DNA of 64,000 bases from Alphaproteobacteria bacterium. Its GTDB lineage: Bacteria > Pseudomonadota > Alphaproteobacteria > Micavibrionales > Micavibrionaceae. The position numbers and the translations under genes are program-made. Location: the NCBI GenBank assembly GCA_009929775.1, contig RZZS01000001.1:31297-95296 (forward strand), given 5' to 3'. Each line of letters begins with the position of its first letter. Position 1 is the first letter of the stretch. This document shows positions 9,230 through 22,233 of this stretch, in pieces. The notes beneath the pieces are model-generated. The model made no database searches and had not been told where the DNA came from. It saw only the letters and a program-made list of their open reading frames with translations.

Positions 9230-11080
9230 TTGGTTTCAGCGCCGCTTTTGAGCGTCAGGGACGCAACGGTCAGTTTCGGGGCGGAGCCTTTCTTTACCGG
9301 TCTGACCTTTTCGATTCACGAGGGCGACAAAATTTGTCTCGTCGGGCGCAATGGTGCCGGCAAGACGACACTGATGAACGTTATCACAGGGGCGCGCGAA
9401 CTGGATGACGGAGAGCGGGTCGAAGCGCCGGGGCTCAAGATCGGGTATCTCCGTCAGGAGATTGTTCCGGCGGACCGGACGGTTTTCGATTTCGTCTTCG
9501 AGCAATTAAAGGGCAAAGAAGAGGCGCATTCGCTCGCGTATAAAGTCGAACTTGTCCTGCAGCCCCTGCAGGTTGACCACGAAAAGAAAATGACCGAACT
9601 CTCCGGCGGTCAGTTGCGCCGGGTGGCGCTGGCGCGCGCGCTCGTTGAGGACCCGGATATCCTGTTGCTCGACGAACCGACCAACCACCTCGACCTCGAA
9701 GTGATTGAATGGCTCGAGAATTACCTGAATGGCTGGCGGGGGGCACTGCTGGTCGTTAGCCACGACCGCGCGTTTCTCTCGAATGTATCAGACCGGATAT
9801 TCTGGCTTGATCGCGGGAGGTTGAAGATCGCGCCGAAGGGGTTCCGGTACTTCGACGAATGGTCTTCGATGATCCTCGACCAGGAGGCTCGCGAACTGCA
9901 TAACCGGAAAAAGGTCTTCGAACAGGAAGCCGAGTGGGCCTCGCGTGGCGTCAAGGCGCGCGTCAAGCGCAATCAGCGGCGGCTGGCCTGGGTGCGCGAG
10001 GAGCGCGAACGGTTGCGGGCGGACGAGGCTGCGTTCCGGCGGGCGACGGCGAAAATCGAAGTCGATTCCCCCGACGCGGGGTTGTCGTCGCAGGCCGTGG
10101 CGGAATTCTACAACGTTTCCAAATCATTCACCGATGAGAACGGCAAGGAGACGATCATCCTGAGAGACTTCTGCTATCGGATCAGGCGCGGCGACCGGGT
10201 CGGGATTCTCGGGCGCAACGGGTCGGGAAAAACGAGCTTTCTTCGCCTTCTGATCGGTGAGCTTCTGCCGGACAAAGGGAAGGTCAAGCGGGCAAAAAAC
10301 CTTGAGTTCTCATATTTCGATCAAAAGCGAAAGGATCTCGTTCCGGAGCACAGCCTCTGGAAAACCCTGTGTCCGCACGGCGGCGACTATCTCGATGTGC
10401 GCGGCAAGCCCCGGCACGTTTGCGGTTATCTGAAGGATTTCATGTTCGACCCGACCACCGCAAGCCAGCCGGTTGCCACCCTTTCGGGCGGACAGAAAAA
10501 CCGGCTGATGCTTGCAAGGGTACTCGCCGATCCGGGAAGCTTCCTGATCCTCGACGAGCCGACCAATGACCTCGATATGGACACGCTCGACATGCTCGAG
10601 GAGATTCTGGTGAATTTTGACGGGACGCTTTTTGTCGTTTCACACGACCGCGACTTTCTCGACCAGACCGTGACGAAGATCCTCGCCTTCGAAGGCGGTG
10701 GAAAGGTCGATGGCTGCATCGGCGGATACAGCGACTTTCTGGCCCTGAAGGGACGGGCGCTGAATGAGGGCCAGCCGACAGTCATCCGGAAGGTCGGAGG
10801 CGCCGTTGCAGAGCGACCGGAGAAACTCTCTGAAAACCGGAAGGCTGGACGCCTGTCTTACAAACTGCAGTTTGAACTGGAACGCTTGCCGGATGAAATC
10901 GAGGCACTTGAAATCGAAGTGGCGAACCTTGAATCAAGCCTCGCGGATCCGGACTTGTATGCGCGCGACCCTGCGGCGTTTGGCGTAATGTCAAATCGAT
11001 TTGAGGTCGCGAAAAGGGAGCTTGAGGCCGCTGAATCTCGCTGGCTTGAGCTTGAGGAACTCAAGGACGCAGCATGTTGA
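9230..11080 (+). CDS. uup: ABC-F family ATPase (Uup-like, two NBDs plus C-terminal coiled coil)
   Basis: TTG start. Walker A GRNGAGKTT and GRNGSGKTS, signatures LSGGQLRR and LSGGQKNR, and no TM domain. C-terminal coiled coil LEALEIEVANLESSLADPDLY. Confidence 0.88.
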   Translation: MVSAPLLSVRDATVSFGAEPFFTGLTFSIHEGDKICLVGRNGAGKTTLMNVITGARELDDGERVEAPGLKIGYLRQEIVPADRTVFDFVFEQLKGKEEAHSLAYKVELVLQPLQVDHEKKMTELSGGQLRRVALARALVEDPDILLLDEPTNHLDLEVIEWLENYLNGWRGALLVVSHDRAFLSNVSDRIFWLDRGRLKIAPKGFRYFDEWSSMILDQEARELHNRKKVFEQEAEWASRGVKARVKRNQRRLAWVREERERLRADEAAFRRATAKIEVDSPDAGLSSQAVAEFYNVSKSFTDENGKETIILRDFCYRIRRGDRVGILGRNGSGKTSFLRLLIGELLPDKGKVKRAKNLEFSYFDQKRKDLVPEHSLWKTLCPHGGDYLDVRGKPRHVCGYLKDFMFDPTTASQPVATLSGGQKNRLMLARVLADPGSFLILDEPTNDLDMDTLDMLEEILVNFDGTLFVVSHDRDFLDQTVTKILAFEGGGKVDGCIGGYSDFLALKGRALNEGQPTVIRKVGGAVAERPEKLSENRKAGRLSYKLQFELERLPDEIEALEIEVANLESSLADPDLYARDPAAFGVMSNRFEVAKRELEAAESRWLELEELKDAAC

Positions 11081-11094
11081 AAGCGGAATTTTTC

Positions 11095-11124
11095 TTGAAC
11101 GGTCCCCGCTCCCTGTCATAAAAT
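11095..11124 (+). promoter_or_regulatory. Candidate sigma70-type promoter of cspA (TTGAAC-18-TAAAAT), implying a ~240-nt leader
   Basis: TTGAAC at 11095..11100 and TAAAAT at 11119..11124. Located just after the uup stop and upstream of cspA. Confidence 0.3.
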
Positions 11125-11371
11125 CATGCAAGGTTGTGATTGTTTTTGCGAGGTTCACGCTCCTGACTGAGGTTGCCTTTCGGTCGAAATACTCACTCGT
11201 AACTATTCTTTCCCAAAAAGAAGAGAATTTACGAACGTCAGGCGCGCAGGCGTCACCTGCGGCCCTTTAAGGGTTTGCAGGAGCGAATTCAAGAAACGAC
11301 CGGACCGGTGCCGCTTCGGGGCACCGGATTCGATGCCAGAAGACAAAGGCCAGAAGACAAAGGAGAGACGA

Positions 11372-11575
11372 ATGGCAACCGGTACGGTAAAATGGTTTAA
11401 CCCGACCAAAGGCTATGGTTTCATTACGCCGCAAGAGGGTGGTAAGGACGTCTTCGTTCATATCAGCGCCGTCGAGCAGGCCGGACTGAAGACCCTTAAC
11501 GAAGGCCAGAAGATCAGTTACGAACTTCAGGAAAGTCGCGGACGAACGTCTGCCGGGAATATCCAGCTTATCTGA
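11372..11575 (+). CDS. cspA: Cold-shock protein CspA family
   Basis: [34 protein letters not shown] contains the RNP1/RNP2 motifs. AGGAGAG RBS at 11361..11367. The ORF-track start at 11333 was rejected. Confidence 0.95.
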   Translation: MATGTVKWFNPTKGYGFITPQEGGKDVFVHISAVEQAGLKTLNEGQKISYELQESRGRTSAGNIQLI

Positions 11576-11596
11576 CGGCAAATCCTCAAGTTTCCA

Positions 11597-11627
11597 GGGG
11601 GCGTCACCGACGGTGGCGCCCCTTTTT
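11597..11627 (+). terminator. Rho-independent terminator after cspA
   Basis: GC-rich stem 11598..11608 pairs with 11612..11622 (GGGGCGTCACC / GGTGGCGCCCC, one G-U pair), followed by TTTTT at 11623..11627. Confidence 0.7.
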
Positions 11628-11633
11628 CTGCGT

Positions 11634-12581
11634 TTACTTCCGGGAGGAGAGGCACGCTGCGAACGTGGTCCCCATAGTCTCGAGCAACTGGACGTAAAGG
11701 CTTGGCCCTGGGGTCAGGTCGTAGCCCAGCGGGTCCAGTGCGGCACTGCTGGCGGCGCTTCCGTGAAGGATCGTGCTAAGGAGCGAGCGGGGAAGTTGCG
11801 GTTCGGTGAAGACGCAGGAAACGCCGCGCTCTTCGATCGTGTTTCTTATTTCCTGAATTCGGCCCATGGAAGGGGATTCCGTCGGCTCGAAGGTGATTGA
11901 TCCTGCGCCGTTCAGTCCGTAGCGGCTTTCGAAATACTGGTAGGCATCGTGAAAGACGATGAACGGCGTTCCGGTGACGCCCGAGAGGCGGGCTTGCGTC
12001 GCGTCGTCCGCAGACCGAATTTGGCGGATCGTTTCCGCGGCGTTTGCCTGGTACGTCTCCGCATGTTTCGGGTCGACGCGTCCAAGAGCTGTTGCGATGG
12101 CCGAGACCATAACTGTCGCGTTCTGCGGGTCGAGCCATACATGGTAGTCGGTCGAAGCGCGGGAATGGTTGGCGTCGTGATCATGATCGGCATGGTCATG
12201 GTCATGGTGTTCGTGCGGAGACCACGCGCCGCCCGAGCGTGACGGAAGGAGTGTCAGGCCCGTGCTATCTGCAAGCGCAATCCTCTCCGTGCCGGATGAG
12301 AGCGTTCCAAAGGCCCGCGCCAGGGAGGTTTCAAAGTCAGGGTGGATGTAAAAGATCAGGTCGGCGTCTCGCAGCATACGCATATGCGATGGTTTCAGAT
12401 TGAAACCGTGCGGTGTTTCGCCCTGGTCGATCAGAAGGGCGGGGGTACCCGTCTCTCCCATAACGGCGGCGACAAGAGAATGGACGGGGCGGATCGAGGC
12501 GACAACCTCGGTTGCGAAGGCCGGGAATCCCGTCGACAGGAGGGCCATGATCGTGGCCGAAAACAGAAAGGCTTTTCTCAT
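11634..12581 (-). CDS. znuA: Zinc ABC transporter substrate-binding protein ZnuA
   Basis: Signal peptide MRKAFLFSATIMALLSTGFPAFA (start moved to ATG 12581). His/Asp-rich loop HEHHDHDHADHDHDANH, typical of ZnuA. Cluster-9 SBP fold context with znuCB. Confidence 0.9.
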   Translation of the reverse strand: MRKAFLFSATIMALLSTGFPAFATEVVASIRPVHSLVAAVMGETGTPALLIDQGETPHGFNLKPSHMRMLRDADLIFYIHPDFETSLARAFGTLSSGTERIALADSTGLTLLPSRSGGAWSPHEHHDHDHADHDHDANHSRASTDYHVWLDPQNATVMVSAIATALGRVDPKHAETYQANAAETIRQIRSADDATQARLSGVTGTPFIVFHDAYQYFESRYGLNGAGSITFEPTESPSMGRIQEIRNTIEERGVSCVFTEPQLPRSLLSTILHGSAASSAALDPLGYDLTPGPSLYVQLLETMGTTFAACLSSRK

Positions 12582-12640
12582 TGGTCTTCCTCGCTCATTA
12601 TTGCGTTGCGGTTCAGCGGACAAAACGATATCGGGTTTAT

Positions 12641-13408
12641 ATGACATTTCTTATCAAGGCTGAAAATATTTCGGTCGTTCGAAACGGCAAGGCGATTCTC
12701 GACAGCGTGTCGCTGGATGTGCGGCCCGGTGATTTCACGACGATTGTCGGACCAAACGGCGCAGGTAAGACGACGCTCCTCAAGGTGCTGATGGGTCTAA
12801 TAAATGTCGATTTCGGCAGCGTGCGCCGAAAGCCGGGCCTGCGGGTCGGCTATGTGCCGCAGCGTCTTGCCGCGGACGAATCCATGCCGATTACGGTCCG
12901 GCGTTTTCTGACCTTGCGAAAGAAGGCGGCACCCGGGGACCTGGAGCGTGTTGTCACGGAGACCGGGATTGGCGCCTTGCTCGGCAAGTCGCTCCATGTT
13001 TTATCCGGAGGCGAACTTCAGCGTTTGCTGATGGCGCGCGCGCTGCTCGACGATCCGGATGTACTCATCCTCGACGAGCCAGCGCAAAACCTTGACGTTG
13101 CAGGACAACTTGCGCTCTACAGACTGATCGACAACGTGTACAGCGAGCGCCGTCTCGCCGTTGTAATGGTCTCGCACGACCTTCATCTCGTCATGTCATC
13201 GACGCGGCACGTCGTGTGTCTGTACCATCACATCAGTTGCCGGGGGACGCCGCACACGATCACTCGCGACCCGGCTTTCAAGTCTGTGTTCGGCGAGGAT
13301 ATGGCAAGGCTGATGGCGGTTTATACGCATGCGGCCGGGGAGGACCATTTCTGCGAAACTCACGACCATACGCGCCACGAACATTCGCATGAGGGAGACG
13401 GCTCATGA
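12641..13408 (+). CDS. znuC: Zinc ABC transporter ATPase ZnuC
   Basis: Start at ATG 12641 (MTFLIKAENISVV). Walker A GPNGAGKTT, signature LSGGELQR, Walker B LILDEP. His-rich C-terminal tail. Confidence 0.9.
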   Translation: MTFLIKAENISVVRNGKAILDSVSLDVRPGDFTTIVGPNGAGKTTLLKVLMGLINVDFGSVRRKPGLRVGYVPQRLAADESMPITVRRFLTLRKKAAPGDLERVVTETGIGALLGKSLHVLSGGELQRLLMARALLDDPDVLILDEPAQNLDVAGQLALYRLIDNVYSERRLAVVMVSHDLHLVMSSTRHVVCLYHHISCRGTPHTITRDPAFKSVFGEDMARLMAVYTHAAGEDHFCETHDHTRHEHSHEGDGS

Positions 13409-14208
13409 TTGACGGTTTCATTCTCCACGCGCTCGCGGCCGGGATCGGGGTCGCGGTGATTACGGGATTTCTCGGCTGTTTCGTCGTGTTGCGGCGAATG
13501 GCTTATTTCGGGGACTCCCTTGCGCATAGTGCGCTGCTTGGTATCGCTCTCGGCATGCTGTTCGGGATCGACGTGACCGTGGGCATGGTCGCAGTCGGTT
13601 TTCTGTTTGCAACCTTTCTGTTTATCCTGCAACGGCGCCGCCTGCTGGCGACGGATACGCTACTCGGGATTCTTTCGCATGGCGCTCTTTCCACGGGGCT
13701 CGTGGCTATTTCTCTGGTCAATACGCCGCAGCTCGATTTGTACAGCTATCTCTTTGGCGACATCCTTACTGTCCGTTTGTCAGACCTGATGTGGATCTAT
13801 GGCGGCGGTGTCGTTGTGATCGCTTTGATTGTTCTGAACTGGCCGTCCCTCGTGCTGATGACCATTCACGAAGATCTTGCGCGGGCCGAAGGGGTTAGGA
13901 CGCTTTACACGAACATTCTGTTTATCTTCCTGATGACGCTCGTTGTGGCGGTCTCAATTCGAATCGTCGGTATTTTGCTTATCACCTCGATGCTGATCAT
14001 TCCGGCGGCGACGGCGCGTCAGTTCGTGACGCTTCCTGAGACGATGGTTGCAGGCGCATGCTTGTCGGGTTGCGCGGCGGTTCTCGTCGGTATGGCCGGT
14101 TCGCTTGCGTTCGACACACCGACCGGTCCATCCATCGTGATGGCGGCGTCGGCAATCTTTGCGCTGGCGTTCGCCGGATCGTTCGTCGTGAGCCGCTTTC
14201 GGGACTGA
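13405..14208 (+). CDS. znuB: Zinc ABC transporter permease ZnuB
   Basis: 267-aa multi-TM ABC-3 type permease. Its start overlaps the znuC stop (ATGA). Confidence 0.9.
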   Translation: MIDGFILHALAAGIGVAVITGFLGCFVVLRRMAYFGDSLAHSALLGIALGMLFGIDVTVGMVAVGFLFATFLFILQRRRLLATDTLLGILSHGALSTGLVAISLVNTPQLDLYSYLFGDILTVRLSDLMWIYGGGVVVIALIVLNWPSLVLMTIHEDLARAEGVRTLYTNILFIFLMTLVVAVSIRIVGILLITSMLIIPAATARQFVTLPETMVAGACLSGCAAVLVGMAGSLAFDTPTGPSIVMAASAIFALAFAGSFVVSRFRD

Positions 14209-14228
14209 AAATTGCAACCCATCTCCGC

Positions 14229-14262
14229 AAAAAACAAGAGCCGCCCTCGGTGAGAACGGCTC
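14229..14262 (-). terminator. Candidate intrinsic terminator for the minus-strand DUF2934 gene
   Basis: Read on the minus strand: GAGCCG..CTC-loop-GAG..CGGCTC stem (14238..14262) followed by TTGTTTTTTG (complement of 14229..14237). Confidence 0.45.
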
Positions 14263-14299
14263 GAAATTACGAGTTAATGAATTGTTTTCAGTCTGCTTT

Positions 14300-14506
14300 T
14301 TAGCTGATCTTCTTCGAGGAAGCTCTTTTTCTGGGAGCAGAGGAAACGGCAGCGACTGCTTTCTTTCTGGTGGTCTTCGTTTTGCCGCCGACGACGCTTT
14401 GTTCGGCTGCGAGCCAGTAGTCCATTTCGCGACCTTCCTGGCGTCCGTCCTGCTCCCACATAAGGTAGGCAGTTTCACGGATACGGTCTTGCATGTTTTG
14501 AGCCAT
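14300..14506 (-). CDS. DUF2934-family small protein with basic C-terminal tail
   Basis: RIRETAYLMWEQDGRQEGREMDYWLAAEQ matches the DUF2934 signature. Lys/Arg-rich tail. Confidence 0.7.
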   Translation of the reverse strand: MAQNMQDRIRETAYLMWEQDGRQEGREMDYWLAAEQSVVGGKTKTTRKKAVAAVSSAPRKRASSKKIS

Positions 14507-14756
14507 GGGTCTTACGTCCTTTGAGAGTTGGTATAACGAGTAGTCAGTCGAATCTACATTGAAAATACTCTATGCGCACTAAGTCTTTGCTGCAATGGAA
14601 AAGATGTCGAGTGCGCCAAAATTTCGCGGGGGCATGTCTCTTTTTTGTCATCAAAATAACAAATCGTCCGATGCGTTTTGGGGGCTGGCGCGGAACGAAA
14701 AAATGTGTCATACGTAGTTGTAAATCAAGTGACTTTTTACCTGACAGGAAACATCC

Positions 14757-16781
14757 ATGACAGCGACCGGCGCGCTTCCCGATTCAAACGTTCCTCCTTC
14801 CCGCGTTATCATCGACAAGGTTTCTCCAAATCTCGATTTCGGACGCTATCCTGCGAAACGTGCGCAGGGCGAGTCCATGGATGTGCGCGCCATTATTATT
14901 TGCGACGGGCATGACAAGCTGAAGGCAGATGTCCTGTTCCGCCATGAGGAGGATGAAGAATGGCAGCGTGTGCCGATGAAGGCGGAGCCTAATGACGGCT
15001 GGACCGGTCGGTTCCAGGCCGAACGTCTCGGCATGTATTATTTTACGGTCGAGGCTGCGGTCGATCGCTTTGCAAGCTGGCGGGATGGTCTGCTCAAAAA
15101 ATTGCAGGCGCAGGAGCATAGCTGGGTCGATTTCGAGAGTGGTTACCAATTGCTGGGTGGAATGATCGGACATCTTGTCTTCGAGCATGACCGGACCTAT
15201 GTGCAGGAAAAGATTGATCGTTTGCGCCATTTGGCCGAGCCTTTGCTCGGCGGCGAGTTTGACGAGGATGGCGTTGAAGCCGTGCGCAATTTGCTGCACG
15301 AGGCGCATCTTGACTGGGTGATGCATTGCCAGTGGCATGACCCCAGCGTTACGCGTTTTGAATCGGAGCTTCCGCTTCAGGTCGACACGAAGCTCTCGAA
15401 TTTCAGTGCATGGTACGAATTCTTTCCGCGCTCTAAGTGGAAGGATCTTGCCTGGGAAGGGGGGCTTTGGGATTGCGAGCGCCGTCTTGAATATGTCGCG
15501 GATCTCGGCTTCGACATCGTTTATTTCCCGCCGATCCATCCGATCGGGAAAACCTTCCGGAAAGGGCCGAACAACTCGCTTGAGGCCTGGGATATGGATC
15601 CGGGCAGCCCGTGGGCGATCGGCAGTCATGAAGGAGGGCACAAGGCGATCAATCCGGCGCTCGGCAATTTCGACGACTTTGCCCGCGTGGTGAGAAAGGC
15701 GGACGAACTCGGTTTGAAAATCGCGCTCGATATCGCGTTCCAGTGTTCCCCCGACCACACTTACGTCCACGAGCATCCCGACTGGTTCAGGAAGCGTGCG
15801 GACGGCTCTATCCAGTACGCCGAAAACCCGCCGAAGAAGTATCAGGATATCGTTCCTTTCGATTTCGAATGCGCGGACTGGAAAAATCTCTGGCTGGAGC
15901 TGAAAAGCGTGCTCGACTTCTGGATCGAAAAGGGGGTTCGCGTCTTCCGGGTCGACAATCCGCACACCAAGGCCTTTCCGTTTTGGGAATGGGCGATTCA
16001 GGAAATACGCAGGACGGATCCGGATATTATCTTCCTCGCCGAAGCGTTTACGAGGCCGAACATTATGGCGTATCTCGGAAAGATCGGCTTCAGTCAGTCC
16101 TACACGTATTTCACATGGAGACCCGATAAAGAGGGTCTCACCGAATACATGACCCAGCTCGCCAAAACCGAATGGCTTGATTTCTACCGGCCGAACTTCT
16201 GGCCGAACACGCCGGACATCCTTCCCGAAGAGCTCCAGCAGGGGGGGCGGGCGGCGTCGATCAGCCGGGTTGTTCTGGCCTCGATGCTGTCGTCGAACTA
16301 CGGGATTTACGGGCCGGTCTACGAACTGCTGGTGACCGAGCCGCTGGTCCCCGGCAAGGAAGAGTACATGCACTCCGAAAAGTACGAGGTGCGGGAGTGG
16401 AATGTCGGCAAGGCTCACTCGATCGCCCCGATCATCCGGAAGCTCAACGAGATACGCCGCGAGAATCCGGCGCTCCATACCAACCACACAATTTCATTCC
16501 ACCCGGTCGAGAACGACAATATGATCGCCTTCACGAAGGTTTCGGAGGATGGCGATAACATTGTTCTGGTTGTGGTCAATCTGGACTACTATCATCCACA
16601 GGCCGGAGTCGTAGATTTCCAGATTCAGGAGTTCGGTATCGAGCCCGAGGAGTCCTACGAACTGGAGGAGTTGCTGACGGGCACCAAGTACGTCTGGAAG
16701 GGGTGGCGTCATTTTGTTCAGTTGAACCCGCACGTGATGCCTGCGCATATTTTCAGGATTTGCCGCAAGGCTCCGTCCTGA
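14757..16781 (+). CDS. glgE: Alpha-1,4-glucan:maltose-1-phosphate maltosyltransferase GlgE
   Basis: N-terminal GlgE-specific domain (IDKVSPNLDFGRYPAKR). GH13 core FRVDNPHTK, IFLAEAF. Confidence 0.9.
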   Translation: MTATGALPDSNVPPSRVIIDKVSPNLDFGRYPAKRAQGESMDVRAIIICDGHDKLKADVLFRHEEDEEWQRVPMKAEPNDGWTGRFQAERLGMYYFTVEAAVDRFASWRDGLLKKLQAQEHSWVDFESGYQLLGGMIGHLVFEHDRTYVQEKIDRLRHLAEPLLGGEFDEDGVEAVRNLLHEAHLDWVMHCQWHDPSVTRFESELPLQVDTKLSNFSAWYEFFPRSKWKDLAWEGGLWDCERRLEYVADLGFDIVYFPPIHPIGKTFRKGPNNSLEAWDMDPGSPWAIGSHEGGHKAINPALGNFDDFARVVRKADELGLKIALDIAFQCSPDHTYVHEHPDWFRKRADGSIQYAENPPKKYQDIVPFDFECADWKNLWLELKSVLDFWIEKGVRVFRVDNPHTKAFPFWEWAIQEIRRTDPDIIFLAEAFTRPNIMAYLGKIGFSQSYTYFTWRPDKEGLTEYMTQLAKTEWLDFYRPNFWPNTPDILPEELQQGGRAASISRVVLASMLSSNYGIYGPVYELLVTEPLVPGKEEYMHSEKYEVREWNVGKAHSIAPIIRKLNEIRRENPALHTNHTISFHPVENDNMIAFTKVSEDGDNIVLVVVNLDYYHPQAGVVDFQIQEFGIEPEESYELEELLTGTKYVWKGWRHFVQLNPHVMPAHIFRICRKAPS

Positions 16782-16831
16782 ACGAACCCGGTGCGATCCG
16801 CGACTGAACGACTTTTTGTAGCGAGAAAATA

Positions 16832-20211
<3,380 letters not shown>

Positions 20212-20215
<4 letters not shown>

Positions 20216-22230
20216 TCTCGAGGTCAAGGCTCTCGGCGTTGCGGGCACTGGCGAGAGCGTACGGCATTCTTCCGTCGTTTGAAAACAACGACGGAAATGT
20301 TGTCTGGGCGCCGACGGAAACACTCATCGGCCTCGTCAATGCCATCGAGGGACGCAAGGTCCTCGACCCGCGGCGGATTGACGAGCGAAAAATCCGCGAG
20401 CAGCTTGTCGCGCAACGCCGCCGCAGGCTGGATTCCTGTCTTCCGGGCGAGATCGTTGCCTTCAACGGTTTGCTCGAGCCATGCCCTGTCTGGCTTCCGG
20501 AATGTATGCGCGACGAACCCCTTACACTTGTCGTCCGGCTAAATTCCGGCCAGGAAATCCGTAAGGATTTTTCCGTTTCGGACCTCGAATATTTCCGGAG
20601 GAGCTTTGGTACGGCGGGGGTTTACTTCCGCGTTGTTCTACATTTGCGCAAAAGGATTCCCTACGGCTACCACAGGATTGAGGTGCTGGCGGGCGGGCGT
20701 GTTCTCGGCTCATCGTTTCTTATCTCGGCGCCGCGCAAGCTGTCGTCAGGACCGCGAAGCTGGGGCGCATTTGCGCCGACCTACGCAATCCGGTCGGAAC
20801 GCGACTGGGGGATGGGTGGCTTTCGGGAACTGTCGGAGGTGTGCCGATTTGTCTGCCGGATGGGGGGTGCGAATGTCGGTACGCTGCCGATGCTCGCCGG
20901 AAGGATGGAAGGCGAGCGGATTGATGCGAGCCCGTATTCACCGATCAGTCGCCTGTTCTGGAACGAGATTTTTCTGGACGTCGAGTCTCTGCCCGGTTGG
21001 AAGCGCCCCGAAATTCATGAGGAAGATCGTGCCGAGCTTGAGGCTCTTCGAGCGGCAGAACTGGTCGATTACGAGCGGGTCTATGCGCTCAAAAAGAAAT
21101 ACATCATGCGCGCCGCCGCCCGCTTTTTTTCGACCGGCGGATCGGAGCGCGAGGAGTTTGAGAATTTCCTGTCCGAATATCCAAGGGTGACCGCCTATGC
21201 CGACGATCGGGCGGCGCAGGTTCCCGAAAGCGAACGGGGCGCGGCGCGGCGTTTTCATCTTTATGCGCAGTTCGCTGCACACCGGCAGCTTCTTGCTCTG
21301 GCCGAGATGGCGGCGGCGGGAGAGGCCGCAGAACTGTATCTTGATTATCCTGTCGGGGTCGACGCGGGCGGGTTTGACGCCAGGGCGTTCGGGCATCTGT
21401 TTTTGCAGGGCTTCAATGTCGGCGCGCCGCCGGATGCGTTTTCAGAAATCGGACAGGACTGGGGATTCAATCCCATGAATCCTCGCACGATTGCTGCCGA
21501 TCAGTTCAATTATTTTCGCGACAGTCTTCACAACTGTTTCCGCTATGCGAAAACCATTCGCATTGATCATGTTATGGGGCTCTACCGGATTTTCTGTGTG
21601 CCCCATGGAGGCAAGCCGGCAGACGGGGCCTATATCTACTATCCTTTCAAAGCCTATCTTGCGGTTCTGAGTCTCGAAGCGCATCGCCACGATGGCATTA
21701 TTGTCGGTGAGGATCTGGGAACCGTTCCGCCTCAGGTTCGCCGGGCGATGAACGTGCACGGCATGTTGCGGATGTGGCTGTTTCAGTTCGATGTCAAATC
21801 CGACCCGGCAAAAACGTTCCGATCTATACCGAGCCGTGCCCTTGCTTCGGTTAACACGCACGACATGTTTCCGTTTGCCGCGTGGTTGAAAGGCGAGGAT
21901 ATAATCTGCCTCAAGGACGTTGGAAATTTCGGAGACGCCCAGAGCGAAAGGCTTTTGAAGGCGAGGAAAAGAATTTTAAAGGGCTGGCGGGACAAGGAAA
22001 ATCCCTTCATATTCGTTCTTCGTAACTTGGCGGAATCTTCGGCACAGTTTTTGCTGATAAATCTTGAGGACCTCTGGGGTGAAACGAAACCGCAAAACAT
22101 GCCGGGTACGATCGAACAGTATCCCAACTGGAAAAAGAAGTTTCGTCACACGCTGGAAGTCTGGACACGGGACGTCACCGTCCTCCATATCCTGAGCGAG
22201 ATTAATCAGAACCGACAAATGAGGAAGTGA
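20212..22230 (+). CDS. malQ: 4-alpha-glucanotransferase (amylomaltase, GH77) with N-terminal extension
   Basis: IRIDHVMGLYRIF, IVGEDLGTVP and NTHDM motifs. The start overlaps the treS stop by 4 nt. Confidence 0.85.
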
Positions 22231-22233
22231 ACT

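Noticed and set aside
12582-12640. Zur box in the znuA / znuC divergent intergenic region.
   Set aside because: Only a weak partial palindrome is visible (AAACGATATCGGGTTT, 12623..12638). It does not resemble the Zur consensus I know, so I am not confident enough to annotate it. A PWM scan would decide.
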